64,000 nt of DNA, from the NCBI GenBank assembly GCA_002069725.1, contig MWBW01000010.1, forward strand, positions 1,046-65,045, read 5' to 3'. Position 1 is the stretch's first letter, and each line of letters starts with the position of its first letter. Positions 37,501 to 45,055 of this stretch are shown here, one piece after another. The position numbers were made by a program, and so were the translations under genes. The notes beneath the pieces were generated by a model. The model did no database searches. It had not been told where the DNA came from and was given only the letters and a program-made list of their open reading frames with translations. This DNA is from Firmicutes bacterium ADurb.Bin248 (GTDB lineage Bacteria; Bacillota; Clostridia; Christensenellales; CAG-138).

Positions 37501-40460
37501 GGTGGGATCAGGCGCCGCCGCTCGAACTGGGCGATTTCTCCGTGACCTCCGAGGGCACGACGCCCAGCACGCTGCCCGGCGTGGGCGCGATCCACACGGT
37601 GCATTACCTGTGCAGCATCAAGGGCGCCATGACCAAGAACGAGCTGAACGTGGATGTGTACACCGCGCGCTATAACGTGCGCAACGACACCGCCGCGACG
37701 GTCGGCACGTACGACGCGGAGCAGACGGGCTCGGCCCCGCTGAGCGCGCAGGCGCTGCCCTCCGTGACGAAGGGCTACTCGATCCACGGCTGGTACGTGC
37801 AGCTCGACGAGAGCAACACGCCTTACGGCGGGGGCGACGCGCTCCCCTGGGGCTTTGCGAGCGTCAGCGTCGATGAAAAGCTCGAGAAGCACGGCAGCGC
37901 CTGGTACTGGGTGACCTACCACTACTATGCGCTCGGCCTTTCCGCGGTTGTCAGCGAGAACGAGCACGGCCGGGCGGAAGAATACAACCTCAGCTACAGC
38001 ATCGCGGGCGGCCCGTACACCGATCCGACCAGCGGCGCCGCGCTCAGCGCAAGCGGCATACCCGGCGACGTCTTTGCCTCGCCGACCATGCCCGCGCTCG
38101 GAGGCAATCCCTCGATGAAGGGTCACTCGTTCCAAGGCTGGATGCAGGGCGGCGCCGCGATCGGCTCGAGCGCGGACATCGACTGGACCCAAACCACGCG
38201 GCAGGACTACGACGAAGCAAACGACCGCATCATCGACGTGACCATCTATACCGCTGCGGTTTCGGGCGGCTTTACGATGAACCAGGGCGAGCGGACGAGC
38301 TACAACCTCGCCTACTCCTTCGCCAACGAGCCTTATCAGACGCCCGACGGCCTGAACCTCACCATCGGCAACAGGCCGGCCGACGTGAACGGCGCTTCAA
38401 CCCCGCCCGCCCTCGCGGGCGCGCCCTCGGCGCAGGGCCATACCTTCACCGGCTGGACGCAGAACGGCGCCGCCGTGAGCGACGCGACGCTCGCCTGGGG
38501 CAGCGCGGCCGTCAGCTACGAATACGACGCGGACAACGACAGATTCGTTCGGGTCTCGACCTACAGCGCGGCGGTCGTCGGCGACTTCACGCGCAACACC
38601 GGCGAGGAAACCCTGTATAACCTGACTTACACCATCGACGGCGAGCCGTATACGGACCCCGAGGGCAGGACGCTCAGCATAGGCAACCTCCCCGCGAACG
38701 TGAACGACTCCACGACCCGGCCGGGCCTCGCGGGCGCGCCGACGCTCGACGGCCACTCCTTCTCGGGCTGGAAGCAGGCGGGCAATCCCGTGGACGACGC
38801 GAGCCTCGACTTCGGCACGCCGGGCGTCGGCTACCGCTACGACGAAGCAGGCGACCGCTACGTCATGGTCTACAACTACTCCGCGGCCGTCTCCGGCTCC
38901 TTCACGCTCAACGAGATCGTCGAGAAGGAGATCTGGAACCTCACCTACACCGGCGACAAGGATCTCGCCGACCCGGGCACTTGGCCCGACGACCTCACCA
39001 ACCAGGCCAGCGAGCCCGCGCTGACCGGCCTGACGCCGGCCAAACGCGGCTACACCTTCGGCGGCTGGAAGCAGGGCGGCGCGTCCGTGACGGACATCGC
39101 CTGGTCCGCGACGCTGAGCTACGCGCTGGGCGCGGGCAACCGCTTCGTAAAGACCACCACGTATGAGGCGGCCATCGAAGGCAGGCTCACCATGAAGGGC
39201 GGCGTCGACGAGTATGTCTACATCGTGGACTACACCGTGCACGGCGGCTCGAACGATTACAGCCACCTCGACGTCAACGTCACGAATCCTCCCGCGCTCC
39301 CGACCATCGAACCCGAGCCCAGCGAGAGCGGCAAGGTGTTCGGCGGCTGGAACCCCGGTTCGCTCGACTGGGACGGCACCCCGGCCGTGCCGGGTGAACC
39401 GCGCTTCGACGAGACGCTCGACAAGTGGGTCACGCCCTACACCAAGAAGATCGACGTCACGGGCAGCTTCGGAGAGGTCGGGCATGTGTACGTCTACGAG
39501 CTGAGCTTCACCGGCCCCTCCGGCGCGACGTTGCCCGGCATGAAGAGCGGCACCTCCGTGCAGACCATAGAGGGCGAGACCGCCTCGCTCGACGGCCAGC
39601 GCTTCACGGGCTGGAGCCCCTCGAGCATCGGCGAGAGCGACTACACGGAGAACGAATCCCGCAAGACCGTTTCGGGCGACGGCCTGACCGTTACGCATTA
39701 CATGGAGGCCAGCACGCAGGCGCAGTTCGTCCCGACGGAAGGCCGCGAGCACTATACGCTGCATTATGAGATCGTGGGCAGCGTGCCCGGCCAGCCCGCC
39801 AACCCGCCGGACGAGACGGGCACAAGCCCCATCACGCCCAGCGCGCCGGTGAGCCTCGAGGGCTACAACTTCTCCGGCTGGTCCACCCCGGCGTGGGGCG
39901 TCGTGAACGTCACCAGCGAGATCGTCGACGGCGTCGATGTTTCCACGACCTGGTACGAAGCCACGGTCATCGGCTCCTTCACCGACATGCAGATCGTCGA
40001 GGACATCCGCTATTCGCTGCTCTATCAGGGCTACGTCAGCGGCGTCACCAACTGGCCCGGCGACGTGATCGACTCGACCATACCGCCCGCGCTCTCGGGC
40101 AGCCCGTACCTGTCCGGCTATCAGTTCAACGGCTGGGCGCCCGGTACGCTCGACTGGTCGAAGGCGAGCGCCAGCGTCGGCACGCAGGTCGTCACGCCCG
40201 AGGGGGGCGCGCCCTACATACTCAGGACCACGACCTACACGCTGATCGTCACGGCCAGCTTCTCGGGCTACTACCCGCCGCCGACGTCCTATCCCACGTA
40301 CGGCCCCGTGCCCACGCCGACCAAGCCGCCTCTGGGCACGCCGCAAACTGGCAACACCGGCCTGATCATCTTCTTCGCGGTGTTCTCGCTGATCACGGTC
40401 ATCTTCACGGCGAGCCTGTTCATCCGCAAGAAGATGCGCGCCATCGAGGAAGAGGATTGA
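31545..40460 (+). CDS. Giant (2971 aa) cell-surface protein built of InlB B-repeat / Listeria-Bacteroides-repeat modules with a C-terminal xPQTG sorting signal
   Basis: RBS GAGGGGG. Signal peptide MMKRIGLAKLLALAMTLVMVFSAVSPALA. Dozens of (P)x(K/R)xGY(T/S)FxGW motifs. The C-terminus is PLGTPQTGNTGLIIFFAVFSLITVIFTASLFIRKKMR. Confidence 0.9.
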   Translation: MMKRIGLAKLLALAMTLVMVFSAVSPALACDISQTTIYYYRTAAESAYASYDVAAGTGTSTTVKHTLKSAPTRNGYTFTGFNVYVGSKTGTLIKSNAAPGTSVSIPLTRTSTGKSWPTIHVVAQWRSNCVTYDVIFKTVLVDGKGGQIGKTGSTLGYADIEYLNKQPDTTFPAIPVTDPDPGYVFLGWYTYNGATYTKVTSFPTKIDKDYTFYARWEAKPYVERSVYTLHYIGKPSDTTGVVWPADVEKQASPVTTLGVASKVGATFNGWKLNGTGANRTTLAASDYTKSTAAPVITYDAATDSFIRTTEYIANVHGAFVALEDVIEKYFSVTYKIDLNGDGDYADAGETTLAFVDAPVMPTAVNADVSVPGYTFAGWYKNGSAPKLTTLAFSNYDLDASRTQTIPAGPGTAKRIKNYYSITLVGTLTKKTCQKNLYNVTYTGDKAGATTWPNDVANATSAPSLAADATKNGYTFNGWKIGGSSVGSINWSASYVTVASREYYDPALGKFVTETTRSVTVVGTFTKCADIEQKYYTVVYKIDLNLDGVAEEVAMPGYTVNNVTPMPTGVAGAPSGIPAGYSFIGWSESAPLAQSDFSFVSEETVPSGTPGVGAVHKVYYKLAITGTLNKLTCQKDLYNVTYTGDKAGATTWPNDVANAASAPSLAADATRNGYTFSGWKINGSSVGSINWSASYVTVASREYYDPTLGKFVTETTRSVTVVGTFTKCADIEQKYYTVVYKIDLNLDGVAEEVAMPGYTVNNVTPMPTGVAGAPSGIPAGYSFIGWSESAPLTQSDFSFVSEETVPSGTPGVGAVHKVYYKLAITGTLNKLTCQTTLYNVTYIGDKAGATTWPNDVANAASAPSLAADATRNGYTFSGWKIGGSPVGSISWNASYVTVTSREYYDVSLGRFVTETTRSVTVVGTFTKCADIEQKYYTVVYKIDLNLDGVAEEVAMPGYTVNNVTPMPTGVAGAPSGIPAGYSFIGWSESAPLAQSDFSFVSEETVPSGTPGVGAVHKVYYKLAITGTLNKLTCQKDLYNVTYTGDKAGATTWPNDVANAASAPSLAADATRNGYTFSGWKINGSSVGSINWSASYVTVASREYYDPTLGKFVTETTRSVTVVGTFTKCADIEQKYYTVVYKIDLNLDGVAEEVAMPGYTVNNVTPMPTGVAGAPSGIPAGYSFIGWSESAPLAQSDFSFVSEETVPSGTPGVGAVRKVYYKLAVTGTLNKLTCQTTLYNVTYTGDKAGATTWPNDVANATSAPSLAADATRNGYTFSGWKIGGSPIGSINWNASYVTVTSREYYDVSLGKFVTETTRSVTVVGTFTKCADIEKEYYTVVYRIDLNRDGVDEIVNMMGYSVSEVETMPTGVAGSPIIPNGYTFGGWDKDAPLAKGDFTVERQGTTPSTQPGVGAVHSVYYTLTIKGTLDKQTLAKTVYTVLYTGEKAGATTWPSDVVDAETPPTLAADATKNGYTFNGWKINGNSAGSLNWSAGYVVSTTDAEYYDAGLKKFVTVTHKTITVTGAFTKCEDVEEKYFSVTYKIDLNGDGDYADENETVNAYVEASPMPTAVSAELALDGYTFAGWFKQGTDTKLTALAFTDYTFDRTVTVPGGVGTPKTIKNYYVITLTGTLSKQTLAKTDYSVTYTGDKAGATFWPADVVRAASAPSIAADATKNGYTFSGWSPASLDWNAGYVDVQTDSEYYDASLKKFVTVTHKTITVTGAFVKCEDVEEKYFSVTYEIDLNGDGDYADAGETDPAYVETFPMPASVRPDVSKDGYTFHGWYKKGTSEKLSALAFANYDYVRTVTVPAGAGTPQITKHYYAVTLRGSLVKRVCQQTYYSVSYTGDKEGAATWPNDVVNAASAPSLAADATKNGFDFTGWKINGSPVSSLNWYASYVTVTSLPEEYDPESGMFITKIHRSITVEGRFVKCPDIEQAFYSVIYKIDLNLDGVAEEVNMLGYTVTNVTKMPTGVAGSPDIPAGYSFNGWDQAPPLELGDFSVTSEGTTPSTLPGVGAIHTVHYLCSIKGAMTKNELNVDVYTARYNVRNDTAATVGTYDAEQTGSAPLSAQALPSVTKGYSIHGWYVQLDESNTPYGGGDALPWGFASVSVDEKLEKHGSAWYWVTYHYYALGLSAVVSENEHGRAEEYNLSYSIAGGPYTDPTSGAALSASGIPGDVFASPTMPALGGNPSMKGHSFQGWMQGGAAIGSSADIDWTQTTRQDYDEANDRIIDVTIYTAAVSGGFTMNQGERTSYNLAYSFANEPYQTPDGLNLTIGNRPADVNGASTPPALAGAPSAQGHTFTGWTQNGAAVSDATLAWGSAAVSYEYDADNDRFVRVSTYSAAVVGDFTRNTGEETLYNLTYTIDGEPYTDPEGRTLSIGNLPANVNDSTTRPGLAGAPTLDGHSFSGWKQAGNPVDDASLDFGTPGVGYRYDEAGDRYVMVYNYSAAVSGSFTLNEIVEKEIWNLTYTGDKDLADPGTWPDDLTNQASEPALTGLTPAKRGYTFGGWKQGGASVTDIAWSATLSYALGAGNRFVKTTTYEAAIEGRLTMKGGVDEYVYIVDYTVHGGSNDYSHLDVNVTNPPALPTIEPEPSESGKVFGGWNPGSLDWDGTPAVPGEPRFDETLDKWVTPYTKKIDVTGSFGEVGHVYVYELSFTGPSGATLPGMKSGTSVQTIEGETASLDGQRFTGWSPSSIGESDYTENESRKTVSGDGLTVTHYMEASTQAQFVPTEGREHYTLHYEIVGSVPGQPANPPDETGTSPITPSAPVSLEGYNFSGWSTPAWGVVNVTSEIVDGVDVSTTWYEATVIGSFTDMQIVEDIRYSLLYQGYVSGVTNWPGDVIDSTIPPALSGSPYLSGYQFNGWAPGTLDWSKASASVGTQVVTPEGGAPYILRTTTYTLIVTASFSGYYPPPTSYPTYGPVPTPTKPPLGTPQTGNTGLIIFFAVFSLITVIFTASLFIRKKMRAIEEED
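32838..35837 (+). repeat. Five in-frame ~600-bp tandem copies (200-aa double B-repeat supermodule) inside the giant gene
   Basis: The C-Q-(K/T)-x-LYNVTY(T/I)GDKAGATTWPNDVANA module restarts at 32838, 33438, 34038, 34638 and 35238. More diverged copies follow at about 35838, 36447 and 37043. Segment 33072-33904 is base-for-base identical to 34272-35104. Confidence 0.95.
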
Positions 40461-40551
40461 TCCAAACCTCTATTACAGCCAATTCAGGAGCGGCCGAAAG
40501 GCCGCTCCCCCTCTAAACAGGATCGATCCGACGCCCAACACACCAGCCAAC

Positions 40552-40587
40552 ACGGGGGCGGCCGCAAGGCCGCCCCCGTCTCTTTTT
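40552..40587 (+). terminator. Rho-independent terminator after the giant gene
   Basis: ACGGGGGCGGCC-GCAA-GGCCGCCCCCGT followed by CTCTTTTT. It is preceded by a second hairpin, GGAGCGGCC-GAAA-GGCCGCTCC, at 40487-40508. Confidence 0.75.
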
Positions 40588-40721
40588 GGCCGCGCGGCAG
40601 GACGCGGCGCGAAAAACTTCGCGTCGACGTTTTTTTCAGCTTCCCTCGAGTTATGGGAACATTAATAATTTACCGTCATTATATGTCGAATGGGTAAATT
40701 ATAGAATGTTTTTTACGATTT

Positions 40722-40754
40722 TGTAACCGTGGCGTAACTGGGCGCGGTTATAAT
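40722..40754 (+). promoter_or_regulatory. Promoter of the small B-repeat gene: TGTAAC-N5-CGTAAC-N10-TATAAT
   Basis: TGTAAC at 40722-27, CGTAAC at 40733-38, TATAAT at 40749-54. The block TTTTGTAACCG...GTAACT...GTTATAATTTCA is shared with 31432-31471 (31 of 40 positions). Confidence 0.55.
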
Positions 40755-40836
40755 TTCAGGCGATAGGTGCCAATATAACCATGGAAAACTAATTTGGCCC
40801 ACAGGGCATAATAAAATCAAATGAGGGGGATCAATC

Positions 40837-41853
40837 ATGAAAACCAAAAGCATCTTCAAAAAGTTGGCGGCGCTCGCCGTCGTCCTCGCGCTCGTGCTGA
40901 GTCTCGGGGGCGCCGCACTGGCCGCGCCGGCGACGGTGACGGTTAACTTTAACGCGAACGGCGGCTCTCCGACACCGGCGTCGATAGAGGTTCCCGTGAC
41001 CGGAAGCGGCTGGACAGCAAGAATTACATTCAGCTTACCCACCGAGGCGGAATGCTCCAGGCCCGGGTATGCGCTGCTTTACTGGAATCACGGCGTCCTG
41101 CCCGGCGAGCCTGGCGATACGATGACCATTTTTCTGTTTGACAACTATTCCGCGCGGACCGTTACCGCACAGTGGATCGCCGCGGAGGATCATTACATCC
41201 TCAAATATGACATCACGTCCACGATCGACGGTCAGCCTGCCGATCCCCCGGATGAGCATTCTGACGCTCCCATCGTACCCGACGCCGAGGCATCCATGCC
41301 GGGTTATTATTTCTCCGGTTGGGCGCCTAATCCTCCCGACTGGAAGCTCATCAGCAGGGAACTTGTGGGCAGGGGAGACGACACCCACATGGTGCGCTTC
41401 TACGAGGCCACCGTCGAAGGCTTATTCACCGAGCTGGAGCCTGTTTACAGGACGACGTACACCCTCATCTTCGAGAACAAGCAGCCCGGCGTCGTATTCT
41501 GGCCGAATGATACCATAGGCTCCGAAACCATACCCTCGTATCCGGGAGACCCGGTGCTGGCGGGCTATCGGTTCGTCGGTTGGGACCCCGCTACGCTCAA
41601 GTGGGACAAAGCCAAGGTGACGGTCACCTACGATGTCATAACTCCGGAGGGGGATGACGCTCCGTATTTGCTGATCACCACGAATCGTGCGCTGACGCTC
41701 ACAGCCGTGTTCGAGGGCATTCCGACGCCGGCGACCCCGATTGAAGCGCCGCAGACGGGCGACGTCAACTATCTGGGCTACGCCATGCTGCTGCTCGGGC
41801 TCTCCGCGGGCCTCGCAGGCTTCGTGTTCGTGCGCAGCCGCAGGAAGAATTGA
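40837..41853 (+). CDS. Cell-surface InlB B-repeat protein (338 aa) with APQTGD sorting signal
   Basis: Signal peptide MKTKSIFKKLAALAVVLALVLSLGGAALA. PGYYFSGW and AGYRFVGW modules. C-terminus IEAPQTGDVNYLGYAMLLLGLSAGLAGFVFVRSRRKN. Its C-terminal third parallels the end of the giant protein (HY(T/I)L.Y(E/D)I...GQPA(N/D)PPDE...). Confidence 0.88.
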   Translation: MKTKSIFKKLAALAVVLALVLSLGGAALAAPATVTVNFNANGGSPTPASIEVPVTGSGWTARITFSLPTEAECSRPGYALLYWNHGVLPGEPGDTMTIFLFDNYSARTVTAQWIAAEDHYILKYDITSTIDGQPADPPDEHSDAPIVPDAEASMPGYYFSGWAPNPPDWKLISRELVGRGDDTHMVRFYEATVEGLFTELEPVYRTTYTLIFENKQPGVVFWPNDTIGSETIPSYPGDPVLAGYRFVGWDPATLKWDKAKVTVTYDVITPEGDDAPYLLITTNRALTLTAVFEGIPTPATPIEAPQTGDVNYLGYAMLLLGLSAGLAGFVFVRSRRKN

Positions 41854-41875
41854 CGATCGGCGATTGAATGAAATC

Positions 41876-41920
41876 CGAAGAGGCCGATCCCATATCGGCC
41901 TCTTCGAAGAATGTTTTTTG
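41876..41920 (+). terminator. Rho-independent terminator after the small B-repeat gene
   Basis: CGAAGAGGCCGAT-CCCAT-ATCGGCCTCTTCG followed by AAGAATGTTTTTT. Confidence 0.75.
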
Positions 41921-42014
41921 GAAAAAGTATAGCGGGCGGAAAGTCCGCCGCTGCGACGGCCCGAAACGGCCTTCGTTCTTAGCGAAGGCCGCTCGAATCA
42001 AATTCAATTGTCCA

Positions 42015-43001
42015 TTACTCCGTTTTCTCCCCCGGATACCACAACCCCCAGCTATGCCGTATGCCGTCCATCAGCTCCATGATGCGGATGGTCTCCGCGT
42101 GCGGCATGTCGGGACACTCGGACGCGCCCGAGAGTATGGCCTCGGTTATGGCGCGCACCTCGTATTCGTAGCCCGTGACCTGCGGCGGCCGCTCGACGCG
42201 CTCGATGAGATTGTAATCATCGTCGTAGGCGCGAAGGGACTCGAAGTTGTTGATGTTCTCTACGAGCGCGTAGCCCTTTTCTCCGTAGATGACGCCCAGG
42301 CGGTCCGTCGTGCCGAGCACGGAATAGAGGAGCGTCGCCATGCGCCCGTCCGAGTAGGTCAGGGCGATGGAGCCCTGCGTATCCACGCCAAGCTCGTTCT
42401 TGACGGCCGAACTCGTGAAGCCCGTGACCTCGCCGCCCAGTACGAGGGCCGCGAAGTTGAGCGTGTAGACGCCGACGTCCAGCAGCGCGCCGCCCGCGAG
42501 CTCCGGCTCCCTCAGGCGCGGCACGCCGGCTACCGGGTAGCCGAGGTTGCAGTATACCGCGTACACGCGCCCGATTCTGTCGCTCGCGCAGAAATCGCGG
42601 ATGGTTTTGGCCATGGGCATGTAGCGCGGCCAGATCGCCTCCGCGACGACGCGCTTCTTCTCGCGCGCGCGGGCGAGAACCTCTCTCGCCTGCTTCGCCG
42701 TGACGGTGAACGCCTTCTCGCACAGTATGTGCTTGCCCGCATCGAGGCAGGCGAGCATCTGTTCGGCGTGGCGGGAATGCGGCGATGCGACATACACGAC
42801 GTCCACGTCCGGGTCGGCGAGCAGTTCCGCGTCCGAGCCGTACGCTTTTCGTATGCCGTAGCGCGCGGCGAAGGCCTTCGCCCGCGCCGTTTCGCGCGAG
42901 GCGACGGCGTAAAGGTTTGCGTCGCCGGAGCGCGCGAGGGTATCCGCCATTTCGTTGGCGATCCAGCCCGTGCCGAGTATCCCGAAGTTCAGTTTTTTCA
43001 T
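42015..43001 (-). CDS. Gfo/Idh/MocA-family NAD(P)-dependent oxidoreductase
   Basis: 328 aa. MKKLNFGILGTGWIANEMADTL Rossmann N-terminus and HILCEKAF motif. Confidence 0.85.
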   Translation of the reverse strand: MKKLNFGILGTGWIANEMADTLARSGDANLYAVASRETARAKAFAARYGIRKAYGSDAELLADPDVDVVYVASPHSRHAEQMLACLDAGKHILCEKAFTVTAKQAREVLARAREKKRVVAEAIWPRYMPMAKTIRDFCASDRIGRVYAVYCNLGYPVAGVPRLREPELAGGALLDVGVYTLNFAALVLGGEVTGFTSSAVKNELGVDTQGSIALTYSDGRMATLLYSVLGTTDRLGVIYGEKGYALVENINNFESLRAYDDDYNLIERVERPPQVTGYEYEVRAITEAILSGASECPDMPHAETIRIMELMDGIRHSWGLWYPGEKTE

Positions 43002-43102
43002 GCCCGTTCTCCTTATAAGGCGTCGCCGGGCGCGCCCGCCCTTCGGGCGCGGTTTCCAGGCGCCTGTTTCGCTGCCCGGCGGAAATCGCCGGTTTCCAGG
43101 CG

Positions 43103-44170
43103 TCAGCCGGCGTAGTTTCGGTCGATTCTTCTTGTCATGGAGTCCGGATCGGAGGCGAAGTTGACCGCGTTGTCGTAGCTGATGCGCCCCTTGCGGTAGA
43201 GCTGCGTGATGCTCGCGCCCATGGAGATCATGGTTTCCGGGTTCGCGTAGATCACGTTGTCGATCTGGTGCGCTTTGCCCTCGCGGATGAGGTTCCGGAC
43301 GGCCGGGTTCGCGATCATGACCTCGAACGCGGGCGTCACGCCGCCGTCCACGGTGGGGATGAGCTGCTGGGATACGACCGCGTTGAGCGTCATCGAGAGC
43401 TGCACGCGCACCTGCTGCTGCTGGCCCGTCGGGAACACGTCTATGATCCTGTCCACGGTTTTGGCGGCGCCTATGGTGTGCAGCGTGGAGAGCACGAGCT
43501 GCCCGGTTTCCGCCGCGGTCATGGCGATGCTGATGGTCTCGTAATCCCGCATCTCGCCGACGAGTATCACGTTGGGCGCCTGGCGCAGCGCGTAGCGCAG
43601 CGCGCTCTTGAAGTCCTCGGTATCCAGGCCGACCTCGCGCTGGCTCACGATGCTCCTGTCGTTCTTGTAGAGGTACTCGATGGGGTCCTCAATCGTGATG
43701 ACGTGGCTGGGCAATGTCCTGTTGATGCGGTCCACGATGCAGGAGAGCGTCGTGGATTTGCCGCTGCCCGCGGGACCGGTGATCAGCACGAGGCCCTTCT
43801 TGGCGCTGTAAAGGTTGATCACGCCCGCCGGGATGCTGAGCAGCGCGGGGTCGGGCAGTTCGTGGCGCACGACCCGGATCACGGCCGCGCAGGAGCCCCG
43901 CTGGCGGTACACCGCCGTGCGGAACCTGCCCACGCCCGGTATGGAGAGGGAAAAGTCGTCGTCGCCCGTGCTCTGGAAGCGTTCCAGGCTGCGGTTCCCG
44001 GCGAGCTGGTAGATCTCGCGCACGAGCGCCTCGGTCTTGGCTGAGGTCATCGGCGCGTCCCCGCGGGGGGTGACCACGCCCGCGATTTTGAACGCGAGCG
44101 GGGAGCCCGGCGCGATGATCACATCGGATACGTTGAGGCTGATGGCCTCGATGAGCGTTTTTTCAATCAT
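43103..44170 (-). CDS. pilT: PilT-family type IV pilus retraction-type ATPase
   Basis: 355 aa. LITGPAGSGKSTTL (Walker A), VILVGEMRD (Walker B), TGQLVLSTLHT, and the PilT signature NPAVRNLIREGKAHQIDN. Confidence 0.85.
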   Translation of the reverse strand: MIEKTLIEAISLNVSDVIIAPGSPLAFKIAGVVTPRGDAPMTSAKTEALVREIYQLAGNRSLERFQSTGDDDFSLSIPGVGRFRTAVYRQRGSCAAVIRVVRHELPDPALLSIPAGVINLYSAKKGLVLITGPAGSGKSTTLSCIVDRINRTLPSHVITIEDPIEYLYKNDRSIVSQREVGLDTEDFKSALRYALRQAPNVILVGEMRDYETISIAMTAAETGQLVLSTLHTIGAAKTVDRIIDVFPTGQQQQVRVQLSMTLNAVVSQQLIPTVDGGVTPAFEVMIANPAVRNLIREGKAHQIDNVIYANPETMISMGASITQLYRKGRISYDNAVNFASDPDSMTRRIDRNYAG

Positions 44171-44672
44171 ACATTGTCACCCCGTCCCATAGAAATGGCA
44201 GTTGAGTATATTCCAGATCCCCGGTGACGACCGTGGCGTTGCGAACGAGCGTATAGCCGCCGCCGTCGAGCCGCACCCGGGTTTCCAGCGCCGTGTAGTC
44301 CGAAACCGCCGTGAAGAACGTTATGGTCGCCTCGCTTTGCGCCTTCTCATAAACGTACTTTTCGGCGGCGAGCGCCCCCTCCGCGTCCGGCCCGTCGAGT
44401 ATGCCCCCGGCGAGCAGCGCGTCGAGCCGGGCGAGACGCCGCTGCGCTTCGGCGTCCGCCTCATACCAGCGCACCGTGTTGTCGCCCATGCGCGAGGCGA
44501 GGCGCATCTCCGCGTTCGCGCTCACGAGCGAGAGCGCCGCGAAGCACACGAGGCAGAGCATCACGAACAGTATGATGACGCTCGGCGCGCCCACCGCGGC
44601 GAAGCCGCGCGCCGCGCGCCCGGGCGGGAGGCGCCGCGCGCTCACGCGCCGCCTCCCATAAAGCGCGCGCAT
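44163..44672 (-). CDS. Small membrane-anchored protein of the type IV filament-like operon
   Basis: 169 aa. Arg-rich N-terminus, then a single TM segment SVIILFVMLCLVCFAALSLV. Overlaps both neighbours, suggesting translational coupling. Confidence 0.5.
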   Translation of the reverse strand: MRALYGRRRVSARRLPPGRAARGFAAVGAPSVIILFVMLCLVCFAALSLVSANAEMRLASRMGDNTVRWYEADAEAQRRLARLDALLAGGILDGPDAEGALAAEKYVYEKAQSEATITFFTAVSDYTALETRVRLDGGGYTLVRNATVVTGDLEYTQLPFLWDGVTMYD

Positions 44673-45055
44673 GAAAGAGAATAGATCGCTTCCCCGTCCT
44701 TCTCGCGGACGGACACCGTCATTTCACACATGCCGCCGGCCCGCTCGCACTCGAGCCGGAGTATGTACTCCTGCAGCCCGCCCGGCAAAAAGCTCGGATC
44801 GAGCCACGCCTCGTATCCGCCCTCGGCCTCAACCGCGCCGTAACGCACGGTGAAATCCGCCTCGGGGGAAATTGACGTGCGAACGAGCTCCGCCGCGGAG
44901 CTCGCCGCGAGTATCGCGCCGGAGAGCTCCGCGGCCTCTCCGGCGCGCTTGTCCGCGCCGACGAAGAGCGTGATCACCGCCGTCGCCGCGAGCGCGAAGA
45001 ACAGTATGACCGCAGTCATCTCCACGAGAAAGGCGTAGCCACCGCGCGCGTTCAC
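44642..45055 (-). CDS. Pseudopilin-like protein (degenerate prepilin leader)
   Basis: 137 aa. MNARGGYAFLVEMTAVILFFALAATAVITL resembles the (K/R)G-FTLxEM class III leader but has one extra residue before the Glu. Confidence 0.5.
   Translation of the reverse strand: MNARGGYAFLVEMTAVILFFALAATAVITLFVGADKRAGEAAELSGAILAASSAAELVRTSISPEADFTVRYGAVEAEGGYEAWLDPSFLPGGLQEYILRLECERAGGMCEMTVSVREKDGEAIYSLSCARFMGGGA

Noticed and set aside
31461-38192. 2243-aa ORF on the minus strand opposite the giant B-repeat gene
   Set aside because: A typical high-GC shadow ORF. The translation is Arg/Gly/Ala/Asp-rich low-complexity sequence with no recognisable motif, no RBS or signal, and it mirrors the repeat structure of the plus-strand gene. 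The plus-strand gene has a signal peptide, known repeat motifs and a sorting signal.
38397-40346. 649-aa minus-strand ORF opposite the 3' part of the giant gene
   Set aside because: Same reasoning: an antisense shadow ORF in high-GC DNA.
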